NCBI GenBank assembly: GCA_010909165.1
Contig: MU008164.1
Location: 1,178,001 to 1,242,000, forward strand
Direction of reading: 5' to 3'
From: Anthoceros angustus
Lineage: Eukaryota > Plantae > Anthocerotophyta
DNA: 64,000 bases
Below, piece after piece: positions 48,125 to 59,570 of this stretch (positions are counted from its first letter, which is position 1; each line of letters starts with the position of its first letter). The position numbers and the translations under genes were made by a program. The notes beneath the pieces were generated by a model. That model was not told where the DNA came from. It did no database searches and worked only from the letters and a program-made list of their open reading frames with translations.

Positions 48125-51100
48125 AAGACTTTGAGCAAAGACACAATGGACATCTTTGAGGAGGAAGGTCTTGAGTTCTGAGCGAGCCAAGTGAGGAAGC
48201 TTTGCTTCCTCCTGTTGATGGTGAAGCAAGTGGTGACGAATTGATTCGAAGACTTGGACAACGTTGAATCTTGATGCATCCGTTGATTATTTGGTAGACT
48301 TCTTTGGAAGGTGTGGACTCGGTGAGGAGCGGATCTTAACCCACCAAGGATTAATTTCGAGGTTGGCCCGGAGAGTCTTGAGGTCGAGGGGCGGTGAATA
48401 CATAGTCGTGACATAGATGTTTAGGGTATATGTGGATGTGTGATCCGTGTTCATGTTTTGACATAGAGTTTTGATCTTGATGCATTGTGCCTTTTGCACG
48501 GATGTCGGTGCTAAAGCTCTTAGTCGTTCTAATTGTGGTGAGCATTCCGCTTGTTTACGGCCGTATTTGGGTTTTGTGATAGGGTGCGGGCTTGACGGTT
48601 GAGGTGCGGGCGGGCTTTCACTAGAGTTGGGGGCAGGAGGCGTAAACTGTACCTGCCATGTTATTTTGGCCCTTTGCCAAGTACTCGTGATTTACTCTCC
48701 AACAACGCCGCAACCAATTCTCCGTGTTTGCCTTCCAGTTTGAGCGGCACTGGAGGAAGAATCCATTCGGTGTCGTCGTCAATTTTCCGGTTGATATTCT
48801 TCTTTGAGGCGGGTGGCGAAAACAGCGCCTCCACTAGGCAGGTGTTAAGAGTGTTGTTGCAGACCAAAGCAGTGGATATGAGGACGGCGTGGCGGCTACG
48901 GTCCCCACCACGGGTCACAGTGCAGACATTGCGAGAGAAGAGGGCGGAGAGCCACTTTGAGGGAGGTCGTGGGCGTCCCTCCGAGGCATCATCGCGGTTG
49001 GGCCAACCCTTATTAGTGGCATCCGTTTGCCACTCCCAAAGCCTGCGTGGTTCCACGGGGAGGTGGGGATAAGGGTTTCTTTGAGGGAGCCCAGGAGGTG
49101 AGGACTATAGCAGGAGGAGGAGGCTGTGAGGCCCGTGACATTGCCATGATCTCACGATGGGTGGGAAGGAGGTGGCGGTGAGATGGAGCTGCGGAGGTTC
49201 GAGACCATATCGGCGTAAAGCACGAGCAGTGAGGAGTTGACGAAGGAGGAGCTAGGCGGAAGAGGCGGTGTGGGCAGCAAGAAGGCGTCGGAGGAGGCGC
49301 TTGTAGTGGCGTGAGCAGTGCCAAGGCATTGGCGGTATGGGGTTCGGATGTGGCCGGAGCCTCTGGTGAGTGAAGGCTTTGGTAGTAAGGTGTTTCAATT
49401 CATGCATCATCGGTTCTTTGGTGATTCTTGGTTTTGGTCTTTGTTGATGTTCTTTGCATCAGCCGGTTGATGTTCTTTGCATCTGTCGGTTGATATTCTT
49501 CTTTGCATCAGCCGGTTGATATTCTTGGTTTTGGTCTTTGATGTTCTTTGCATGGGTAGTAAGGTCTTCTTTGTGAGCCAATGCTATTCACTCTTCATGT
49601 ATGTAGGTGCCAACATATAGGCGGGGAGGTTCATGCAGTGGAGGAAGCAAGCCGATGAGGTCCCTCCTTTTTGGGAGCCACGAGCCACAGCTAGGATAGG
49701 CGGCTTGTTTTGGTGTGGTGGAGTGCTAGAGCACGGCCGTAGACTTGAAACTTGATCATAAGTGGTGGGCGTAAATTGTGGCTTTGTCTGGACAATGTGG
49801 TGCAAAGGTCACCGGATGTCCGGTGCCTTTGGCGACAAAAGAAAAGCTTGTCTTGGCTTGGGCGGATCCAACCTAGGTCCGACACCCTAGTCTATTAAAC
49901 ATGAGTATGGGTCACTTGACTAAATTCGAAAAGTGACGGTTGTCGTGCTCGGTTATATGGTGCCATGGCACTTTTCTTTTAATATATGTGAGCATTTTTG
50001 TATAGTTTGGAGCGGACATATAGTTGGGCATATGGCCCATGTGGGATATTGGTGTCTTATACCTCTAGTCTCCCACTATAGTACCAAATTAGATGTGTGC
50101 ATGCATGTTTGTGTGTCGGGTAGTTGACATGAAGACACATGTCCTTCTTGTTTTTATGGTGCCACAACCTTGCGATCGGTAAGGCGGGATGTCGGGCATA
50201 CTTGGACCAATGTGTACAAAAACCGTGTTAGCATATTGAGGTGGCATTGCGGTTTTCAACTTAGCACATTGGTCTGAAATTGTCATAAATGTCCAGTTCA
50301 AAGCGACAAAGCGGTTTTGCGAAAATGCCCTTAAAAAGCCTTAAAAGCGGGGTATTTTCCAACAGTCCAACCATGGACCTTTCTTAACGGGTTAAAAGAC
50401 ATCAAAAGGTAGAAAAGATGCTTTTGACAACTACGGAAATGGAAATAGTGGTTTTGCCCTTGGTTTTTGGAAAAGCACCAAATCCAGAGATTGGTTGCCA
50501 ATTTGTAGGTCGAATGTGACCAAATGGACATCTGACTCTAAAAAGAGGAGTGTGTCTCTACTTCTTAAGAGACCTTGTTACATGGTTATGTATGTAAGGC
50601 GCGGTGGCATGACGCATATATAGGCAGCGGACCTATATTGGAAAATACATAAAAATCGTAAATCAAGGAAAAGGGCGAATAGATGGTTGAACACATAAAC
50701 ATTATTATTTGTTCAAGGCCAAGGAAAGTAGGATTATAAATAGACCTAAAGTGCCTACCATCGAGCGAGGCACTTCATCGAGAACTCGGGGTTTTGCCTA
50801 TATGTGGGCACCCAGCCATGGATTCTTGGATTGTAGATGTTTGTCTGAATGGAAAGGCAGCTATACTTCGTCCCTACAGTTTGTCTCATTTCTCTCTTGT
50901 GACTTTTGGGAACCGCACTATCAAGTGGGAGCCTCAGGCAACCAACTTGATCTCACCACATCTACAATCCCTTCTGTTGCTTGGAGAACTGAGACGGCTG
51001 CATTGGAGGACATTGTGGCGCACTGGATCTTAATGAACTTTTGGATAACAAGTTGAATTTAGAAGAAAAAGGTGAAGATCTTATTGATCATTTCTCATAT

Positions 51101-52744
51101 ATGATGAAATGATTTTTGACCAAATAGCTCAGGATCAACTTGAAGGCTTCAAGATGCTAGGACATTCCTTCTTCCTCAACTCTAGGAGCTCCTACTAGAA
51201 ATGGCAGCCCATGTTATAATCGTTGTTGCAATTTTATGTTACACTTCCAAATTGCAACAAGCTATGTAGGCTTGGTATTAAGTTTGACACTACTCCCTTC
51301 TCTTTTTGTCACCATCTTAACACGAACCTAACTCTCTCCCTCATCACCTCACCCTCCTAAGTACACCCTCTCTCTCACAAGCATTGTTTAGGATCCCTTG
51401 AAGTTCAGAGCTTCCAGTCTCTCAACATCTCCTCCTCCTTTTATTGTTATAGTGAATCGTTTTTGCTGTTTGGTCATAAGATTCAAAAATGGAGATAAGA
51501 TGACAATCCTACTGCTTTCGTATTTATAAGAAAAGCCCAAAATAGGTCAAACCCCGCTATTCCAGAATGCAAAGTCTCTCTACCATTAACCGCTTCTCTT
51601 ACAAGTCTAGGTTTGTTTTCTGCCCTACGTAGTTTCATAGTTGAAGTTATCCTTGCAATCAAAGTACGCTTTATTATACAATTCTTTTTGTAAATTGTAT
51701 AATAATTAGATTGTCTCATGTACACTAAAGAAGTGGGACTCCTAAAAAGGACTATCGGCCTATAGTACTAGTACTGGGCACCTTGATAAAGATTTGGATG
51801 CAGTAGATTCAGCTGTAGAAATGGCTCCTTTTGATGACGGTTTGAATACCATGAAGAGTATGAGGAGTAGCCATGGGAGGCCATCGTGAGCTTCAACGTA
51901 AAAGGTTCGCTGCAATCATGTAGCACCGACCTTGAGTTGAGATAAGATTGGCACAAAAGTCATAACATAAGGTTAAAATTATCACTATTTTACCATAGTT
52001 GGAATGAACTGTTGGGAATGGCATTTGGTTTCGTTTAAATCGCAGTTCATCCTTGAATTAAACAATGCCACTGTCATGTTTGCTAGCTATTTGTCACATT
52101 AGATTCTATTGGTGCAACAGATCATGTAGTTTAGTTTTCCCGGTGACAAACAACAAGCTCACCAGAGAATGCAAACCATCAATCTTGTGATGTCATTTAT
52201 CACTGTTTCCCATTTTCATGACATAATAACCTACACTTTATGTCACTTGTAACCTTGTAACATGTAATGAGATATTATCTATTAGAAGTTTGTGTAGTTT
52301 AGAAGTTCACTATTGAGACCTTACAAGAGAAAAATTTACTAGCCATTTAGATTTTACAAGAGACAGGGTTGGCCAAGGCCTTATAAGAAAGGAAGTTCAT
52401 TAGCCTATTGAGCAGTACAAGTGACATGTTCGGTTGGGGCCTTCCGGCTGAGGCCAATTGAACATACACCAAATGGATACACATTTATAGAACGTCGTGA
52501 TTAAGCATCCTGCACTTAGATCGATACTTAGATGGGGTGCGTGAAGGAAGTGGATGCCCTTGGTGCAAGTAGCTTAGGCACACCATGGTACAAGTTGTTG
52601 TTAAATACCAAGTCCTACGACGGAAATATGTCCTTAGTGGACTTAAATAAAATTCTTCTTCTTAGAAGAAAAGAAGTTCATTTATGCTTTACAAATGTGA
52701 GGTTCGGCTAGGCCTTAGCCCCGAGTGAGCAAAAAGGCGAAAAT

Positions 52745-53025
52745 GAAGGCCCAAATGATAGCAGAAATGAAGGCGGAAATGAAGGCGGAAATGAAGGCGG
52801 AATTGATGAAAAGCGGTAATGTTGAAGGCGGAATTATGAAGGCGGAAATGAAGGCGGAAATGTTGAAGGCGAAACTGACGGCAGAAATGAAGGCAGACAT
52901 GATAGCGGAAATCAAGGCATAAATAAAGGCGGCAGTATATGCGGAAACACAGGCGGAAATGAAGGCGACAAGAAGGCGGAAATGAAGGCAGGAACGAAGG
53001 CGGCGATGAAGGCCGAAATGAAACG
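52745..53025 (+). repeat. 12-bp minisatellite GAAATGAAGGCG (EMKA)n at the AspRS fragment N-terminus
   Basis: Direct reading; ORFs 52725..52922 and 52982..53368. Confidence 0.9.
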
Positions 53026-53756
53026 GAGAAGCAGCTGGAGCAAACAGCTGGCGGCGGCGGCAGTCGAGGAAGATCCGCTTGCAGGGAACTTCGGGGTTGT
53101 GGCATTCGAGGCAAGGCAGTCGGAGGAGAGAGTGCTGGTCTCTGGGCGAGCGCAGAACGTGCGGGCACAGGGCGCCATCGCATTTCTCATTGTCCGGAAG
53201 CGGGAGTGTACGATGCAGTGTGTGCTGAGCAAGGGGGAGCACGCGAGCAACAAAATGCTGAAGTTCGTTGGGGGCATCAGCAAGGAAAGCTTAATCGTCG
53301 TCGTGGGCATTGTGTCTGTGCCAGGCACTGCCATAGCCGCGACCTCGCAGCAGGTATGGATGGTGTGAGGAGGTATGAAGTTTCGGATGCTCGCTGCCGG
53401 CGTGTGTTCGTTTTGCTTGTGCTGGCAGGTCGAGATTCAGGTCCGCAAAGTCTACTGCGTCATGAGGGTGGAACCGGTGCTTCCTTTCCACCTTGAGGAT
53501 GTAGCCCGGAGCGAGCGTGACATCGAGAAAGCAGCTGAGGTACGGTACCCGGACGAATGACATAGGTGCGTTAGGGAAGGAGAGGAAAGCCTAGCAATGT
53601 GGTATTTAAGTGATGGCTCATTCTTTTTTGCTCTCTTTGTCCAGGAGAACGTCCAGTTTGTTCGTGTTCTCAAGGACACGAGACTCAACTGTAGGGTTCT
53701 CGACTTGCGCACCCCTGCAAACCAGGAATTTCCAGAGTCAGTCTGAAGTTGCCACG
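52982..53756 (+). pseudogene. Cytosolic aspartyl-tRNA synthetase, exons 1-3 only (anticodon-binding OB fold), truncated
   Basis: EEDPLAGNFG...VLVSGRAQNVRAQGAIAFLIVR..TMQC...ISKESLIVVVGIV...SQQ|VEIQVRKVYC...LPFHLEDVARSERDIEKAAE|ENVQFVRVLKDTRLNCRVLDLRTPANQ. GT-AG introns at 53354-53428 and 53540-53644. Frameshifts in exon 3; catalytic domain absent. Confidence 0.9.
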
Positions 53757-54243
53757 GTAGGTGAGCGAGTCGTCCCCCTCTGCTATCAAATTTCGAAGTG
53801 GATGAAGGATGTTGATGTTAAGGATACTGACGATGATGCAATGTTTGATGGATGTGGCAGTATCTGAGACGGACTACTTTACGGCTCACCCTTGTTGAAG
53901 TCGTTCAGATGCTGAATGTATTTTTGCCTGAGGATTGTTTGAATCTTCCTTCACGTTCAGATTGTGCATGCCCTGGAATGTGTTCGTCTGATAAGGGTAT
54001 ACTTCTCTGAGTAGGAGGCAGATGTAGAGATCAGTACCTTGGGAGACCTGAGCACAGAAGTGGAGAGAAAATTGGGTCAGCTTGTCAAGAAAATGTAAGC
54101 CATCACACCCTTTTTTGGTATGGGTAGATGGCGTGCTAACAGCTTCCATTGTTATTCGCAGGTTCAAAACAGACTTCTACATTCTTTACATATATCCACC
54201 AGCTGCAGTGAGAATTAACGGCTTGGCTGTATTCGTTGTCACC

Positions 54244-55127
54244 ATGCCAGCTCCTGTTTCTCAAGAACCGAATGGAGATGTCACCATTCCAGTTCCTGTC
54301 TCTGAGGATCCGGACCTGCTTGCCCTGCTTACCGAGCCCGACTCACCTTCCCGGTGGATGGTCATGTCATCTTGGGGCAAAAAAAGACCTTGCCAAAGCC
54401 GAAGCAGAGTTGTGGAATCAGGCAAAGGGAGAGGTTTGGCAGTGATTGTGAGCATGGAAGAGGATCGACCTGAAGGAGCGGTAGACAGAGGGCGACTTGA
54501 AGCTCTGTTCAATATTTAACTTCGCTAATAAGCTGTAGACACAGATAATAAGCTCCCTACCCTAGCTAACGACGATTGCATTTTGTGTTGCATTTATGCT
54601 CATAGGGACATAGAAGATGATGGAAGGGAACACATTCTCGTAAGTAGAGCAGGAGCAGGCGGCGAGAAGCTACATGTTGTTGATGATATCTTTAAGCCTG
54701 TCACTAAATGCAGGTTTCTTGCAAACAAGCCAAAGGTTTTTGCGATCATTGCTTGTCGAGGCAGTGGCTGCCTTATCACAAGCCAGGAAGCGGAGGACTT
54801 TGAAGTTGAGAGTAGCAAAGTGGTGAGCATTAGAGCCGGAGAAGTTCGATTCCTGCTTTCTGTGAAGGATTGTCTCGTTTTTTCCTCAACTAGTCATGGA
54901 CAACAATCTTTCAGAAATAACGAGAAAGGCTCAAACTTGATCACAGCTTTGATGAAAGCCATCGTTCCGGGCTGTCGATGATGTGTACAGCATTTTGACA
55001 TCGGTGATTGACGAGGTCACGGGGGCAGAGGTTAAGCTCCCAAGCGAAGCAGGAACGCGCCCGAAGAACCCAGTGTCCCGAATTGTACTCCACTTTCACA
55101 AGAAAGCTTTACAGGTCTTTACCATAG
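54244..55127 (+). pseudogene. Caspase-like cysteine protease (peptidase C14, canonical caspase p20+p10 motif set), disrupted
   Basis: GRGLAVIVS..DRPEGAVDRGRLEALF; DDCILCCIYAH (His 54601-54603); CRFLANKPKVFAIIACRG (Cys 54754-54756); DCLVFSSTSHGQQSFRNNEKGSNLITAL; after frameshifts DVYSILTSVIDEV and QCPELYSTFTRKLY, stop 55125-55127. Three in-frame stops at ~54517-54531. Confidence 0.8.
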
Positions 55128-55559
55128 TTCACTTTCCTGGCTAGCCGAGGTTCGGTGTGGCCATGGTTCTTCATAAGTAACCAGCCTGTAATGGCTTGAA
55201 TCAGGTCTCAGGTATATATCGTCTTCAGCAAGACACTGTCGGCGTAGCAAACTACTTCTATTACTGTGTCGTTTCATTTGCCCTTTTCTGCTCATTTCCG
55301 TTCAGGCTCGCAAGCATTTGGCAGGAGAAACGTCTCAGCCTGTGTGTGTGGATGAACATGTAGGTGATATCCCATGGACGTTAAGGAGGAAACAACGAGC
55401 GAGTTGTAGAGCTGTAGCTGTAGCTGTAGCTTTTGGGTTTAAGAAGCAAGTCCAGATTTAAGCAGTGATTTCTCTGGTCGAAGGAGTTGTAGATGCTTTG
55501 CACGAGATGTGTGTTCTATCCTCCTCACCAGCCCAAGCTAGGACAAGATGTCCCGGCCT

Positions 55560-56200
55560 GGGACGTAGCTGGGGAAGATAGTTGGGTACCATTCGGTAGT
55601 GCCAGGGGTACTGGGTGACAGGACTTTACATGCGGAATTGGGACCCGCTAGATGAACAAGGAAGCCAGACGTGCATATCTGTGGACGATCATAAGGATTA
55701 TGCTGAAGTAGTGTGCGATCTACTTGTTGCGTTCATGTCTCAAACATGATCAAGGGTTTGATTGTTTTTCTTCGTTTCCTCGGACCTACTGTAAAACGGG
55801 ACTCCATTGTGGTGAAAATTTTGCATTGAAGTGGTTGAGGCTCATTCATGAGCAGTAGTTCGTTCTTTCCCGGAGACACCCACCACTTTTTTCAGCAGGT
55901 TGTCTGGGGTCTGTGTGGTTCCACAAGGGCTATTGACTTGGATCGTGTGGAAAATGGTTCTTGGCAGCAGTTCCCCTGCTAAAGCATGCACGACATACTG
56001 GAGCTGAGAAGCTTGCCATTGCCCATCATCCACGTATGCATATCGATCAGCAAGGCAAGTTGCACCTGCTGCCCCAGTTTTGAGCTTCTGAGGTAAGTAG
56101 CTCAGAACCGCTCAGCTCCTGCCGTGTCATGAGAGCATAGTACACTTCCTAACAGCCTCCCAGTACATTTGGTTTTGAGAGGACCTTGTGCTTGGAACCT
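55560..56200 (-). pseudogene. Possible degenerate PPR C-terminal remnant
   Basis: EVYYALMTRQ and TCLADRYAYV segments loosely resemble PPR L2/S2 motifs; weak. Confidence 0.3.
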
Positions 56201-56344
56201 GCGATGTATACCTGTCGCGCAATGTAAAATGCAGAAGGGAACTGCATTTGTGCAATGAATACCGTATATGAATACCTACGTGTTTCATGCTTCATGCCCA
56301 TTACCATGCGTCTGTTACCGGGAATTTAGACTTAAAGCCAGTCT

Positions 56345-57879
56345 GTGGCACCGTGCCTGCAGCATGGACCAAGGCCTCCGGAGTGCAGGGAGAGCTGGTT
56401 TACAAAGCCTGTCTTGTTCAGCAGCCGGAATCCTGCTCGGGTGGGTCCTAAGCGAGGGAGCGTGGTGCGTGAAGTAGACAATTTGTGCAAGGATGGAAAG
56501 ATTGATTGGGCGCTGGATGACTTGTTGTTCATGGATCAGCGGGGTGGTGTGCCTCCGGTGGCAGTGTACAGAAGCCTTTTGCAGGCGTGCATGAAGAGGA
56601 AGGAAATCGTGGAGGCGAAGCGGGTTGGTGCTCACTTTGCAATATCTTGGACTGGAGGCAGACAGGGCTTTGGGCGACTTCATTGTGACCACGCTTTGGC
56701 AATGCTGGACAATATAGAGAGGCTCTGGTCTGCTACCAGCAGATGCAGGAAGCAGGTGTCCAGCCCAACAACTACACCTTTGTCAGCTTACTCAAGATGT
56801 GTGGTAGGATGGAGGACCTAGAGATGGGCAAGCGAATTCATGCTGATGCTGTGAAGTAGGACTTTGAGTTTGATGTCTTTGTGCGCAATACTCTGGTTGG
56901 TATGTGCGCAAAACGTGGCAAGATCGTGGACGCAGAGGAGGTTTTTGACAGCTCGTCTAAGTGGGATGTGGTTTCATGGAATGCAATGCTTGTAGCAAAC
57001 GCTCAGCAGGAGCAGGGAGCAGAAAAGGCTTTGCGAATGTTTCATCAAATGCAGAAAGAGGGAGTTAAGGCAGATGCTTGGACCTTGTCAAGTGTTCTGC
57101 AAGCGTGTAGCACTCTCGCAGATGTGGAGAAGAGTGACAAGCACTGTGTGAAATCGAAGTCTCTGGGAACAAGGAAGGAGATTCATGTGGTAGCTGCTTC
57201 ACTATGCTATGGTTCAAACACCTACGTTGGTAGCAGCCTGGTTAGTATGTATGCAAAGTGTGGAAGCGTTGTGGATGCACAGCTGGTGTTTGATGGCTTG
57301 TCCAAGGGTGACGTACTGGCATGGAATGCGATTCTTGCAGCTTATGCCCAGCTTGGACAAGCCATGGTTGCTGATGGAATTAACAACAGTCTGTCCACAG
57401 CGACTAGTTTAATTTATGCTTATGGAAAATGTTGGAGCATGGTAGATGCACAACGTGTGTTTGACCTGCTTCCCCAGCCTGATGTGGTTTCATGGACTGC
57501 CATGATTGCTGGCTATTCCCGGCAAGGTGATTGTCAGAAGAGTATAGAATGTTACGATGCAATGTTTCAATCGTCAGCGTGACCGGGTAGGAATAATTGT
57601 GAGGAGAAAGACTGCACTGCCAGGCCCTGCCATGGAAATGACGAGCCAGAGTTCTGAGGTTCAATATCTACATGGATGCTGGAATGTGGGAACATGCACA
57701 TGAAACAGGAGTGGAAGGAACCTGGGCAGAGCTGGATCGAGCTTGAGCAGGAGGTCCACTCTTTTCTGGTCGGGGACCATAGGCATCAACAACAGGCAGT
57801 CGTATATAAAGTTCTGGAGACGCTCAAGTCAGAGCTGAAGAGGGCAGGGTATATACCTCATCCAGACTGCATACCGTAG
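56345..57879 (+). pseudogene. PLS-class PPR (E+ subgroup) gene, frameshifted/internally deleted
   Basis: VYRSLLQACMKRK, WDVVSWNAMLVANAQQ, VGSSLVSMYAKCGSVVDAQLVFD, PDVVSWTAMIAGYSRQG, then KEPGQSWIELEQEVHSFLVGDHRH...LKRAGYIP (E+). Split over three ORFs. Confidence 0.88.
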
Positions 57880-59570
57880 TTTGCTACTGACGTGGCCAAG
57901 GCAATATCTTTGCGAGCCTGCACGGAGAGATGTTTCCTCCTACATATTTCACTGAAGCTCCCTAGTTTCTTTGACCCCTCGCGTGTTCATAAGGAACAAA
58001 GACGGCACCAACGTGGCGCCCCGGTAATCTAACTCCCCTGAACGACACGACCCTGCATCCTTGACCTTTCTATACTCTTCTACTACAGAGCATGTTCAGC
58101 TGATTTATTCGTCCGTAACACATGCAGGGCATGCACACGCAACAAACACCACATATGTGGCCTGGTTATGAAGCTTCGTACAGTACTTGCAGGCGCAGTA
58201 TAACATCGACTTGATATGTCGATGCTCGGAGAGACATATATTGTCACCTAGGCAACCAGCACCAACCGATCCATCCAGGTAACGATCTGAGGATAGGGAC
58301 GGTTCGTAGAAATGCGCCTAATGGACACACATTTATAAGAACGTTATGATTAAGCATCCCGAGCTTAGATCGGTACTTAGATGGAGTGCCCAAAGGGAGT
58401 GGATGCCCTTGGTGCAAGTAGCTTAGGTACACCATGGTACAAGTTGTTAAGTACCAAGTCCCATGACGGAAATCCGTCCCTGGACTTAAAGTAAAATTTT
58501 CTTCTTCTTCATTTGGACTCTGAGCAATCCAACAAGGAACATCCTCCATTTGGCCTAAGCCATTTGGATTTTGACCAATCCAACAAGTAGCATCCTATCT
58601 TTCCTTCCTTGTAGACCAGAAAGTTCGAAACCTGTGGACAGTTTTCAAGCAAATCGGGGTAGAAGTTGTCTGGTCCAGATCCATTAGTGTCATTTGGGGA
58701 ATTAGCTGATATGAGAATGGGAAGGTGGAAGGGTTCAGGTGTGAAGGTTCCAGCAGCTGCCAGGTTTCTGATACCCCTCAGGATGATGAACTTACGAGAA
58801 ACTTGGGCAACGAGGAAGATACGGTGTCTCATAATTTCTTAAGTATTTTTGTATCATCTTTTCTCATGCGGAGCATATCTTTTAGTCCTTATAACACCTT
58901 TCAGGAATTATATTATAATTTTGGACAAATGAGTGCAAGGATACTAGTATATTTAGGGCTTGAAGATGGTCAATTGGGTGATGAAGCAAAAGCCCCAAGC
59001 TTAAATTATATACACCATCTAAAAGCTCAAGGGTTTCAAACAATAACTCTACATAATGAGTGTAAGACTTATAGGGAAAAGAAGACTTTATTATAAAAAA
59101 GAGATGGGAAAAACCCATCCACCCCAAAAACAAAGGGCATGCCAAAAACAAAGGGCACCATGCCAAAGGGCACCGTGCCAAAAGCAAAGGGCATCATGCC
59201 GAAGGGACTAGCCGCCACGATCATTCATTTCAAAACTACCAACCGCCCGAAGAACTTCGTGATCAGGAACGTGAAAAGCCCTACTTACCACCACTGTCGA
59301 AGAAGGTGCATCTCCCGCGCTCGCTGTCGTTTCAGTACACTGCTTTGGCCAATGCCATCTGCAGAGCGATGGAAACCCTCTACCGGAAGAAAGCAACAAT
59401 ACAAGAAAGTGTGAGACTTATAGTAATGTTAGGGATGTCAAAAAGGAATGCAATGGATGGGATAAACATGACCAAGTTGAACTACAAGAAAGTGTGAGAC
59501 TTATAGTAATGTAAGGGATGTCAAAAAAGAATGCAATGGATGGGATAAACATGACCAAGTTGAACTTTTT

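Noticed and set aside
49930-52400. Possible MULE/hAT remnants and short ORFs
   Set aside because: No diagnostic motif, TIR pair or TSD recognised.
54517-54531. Stops in the caspase-like ORF repaired by U-to-C RNA editing
   Set aside because: Reverse editing in ferns and hornworts is organellar. This locus is nuclear, and the segment is also shorter than in caspases, implying a deletion.
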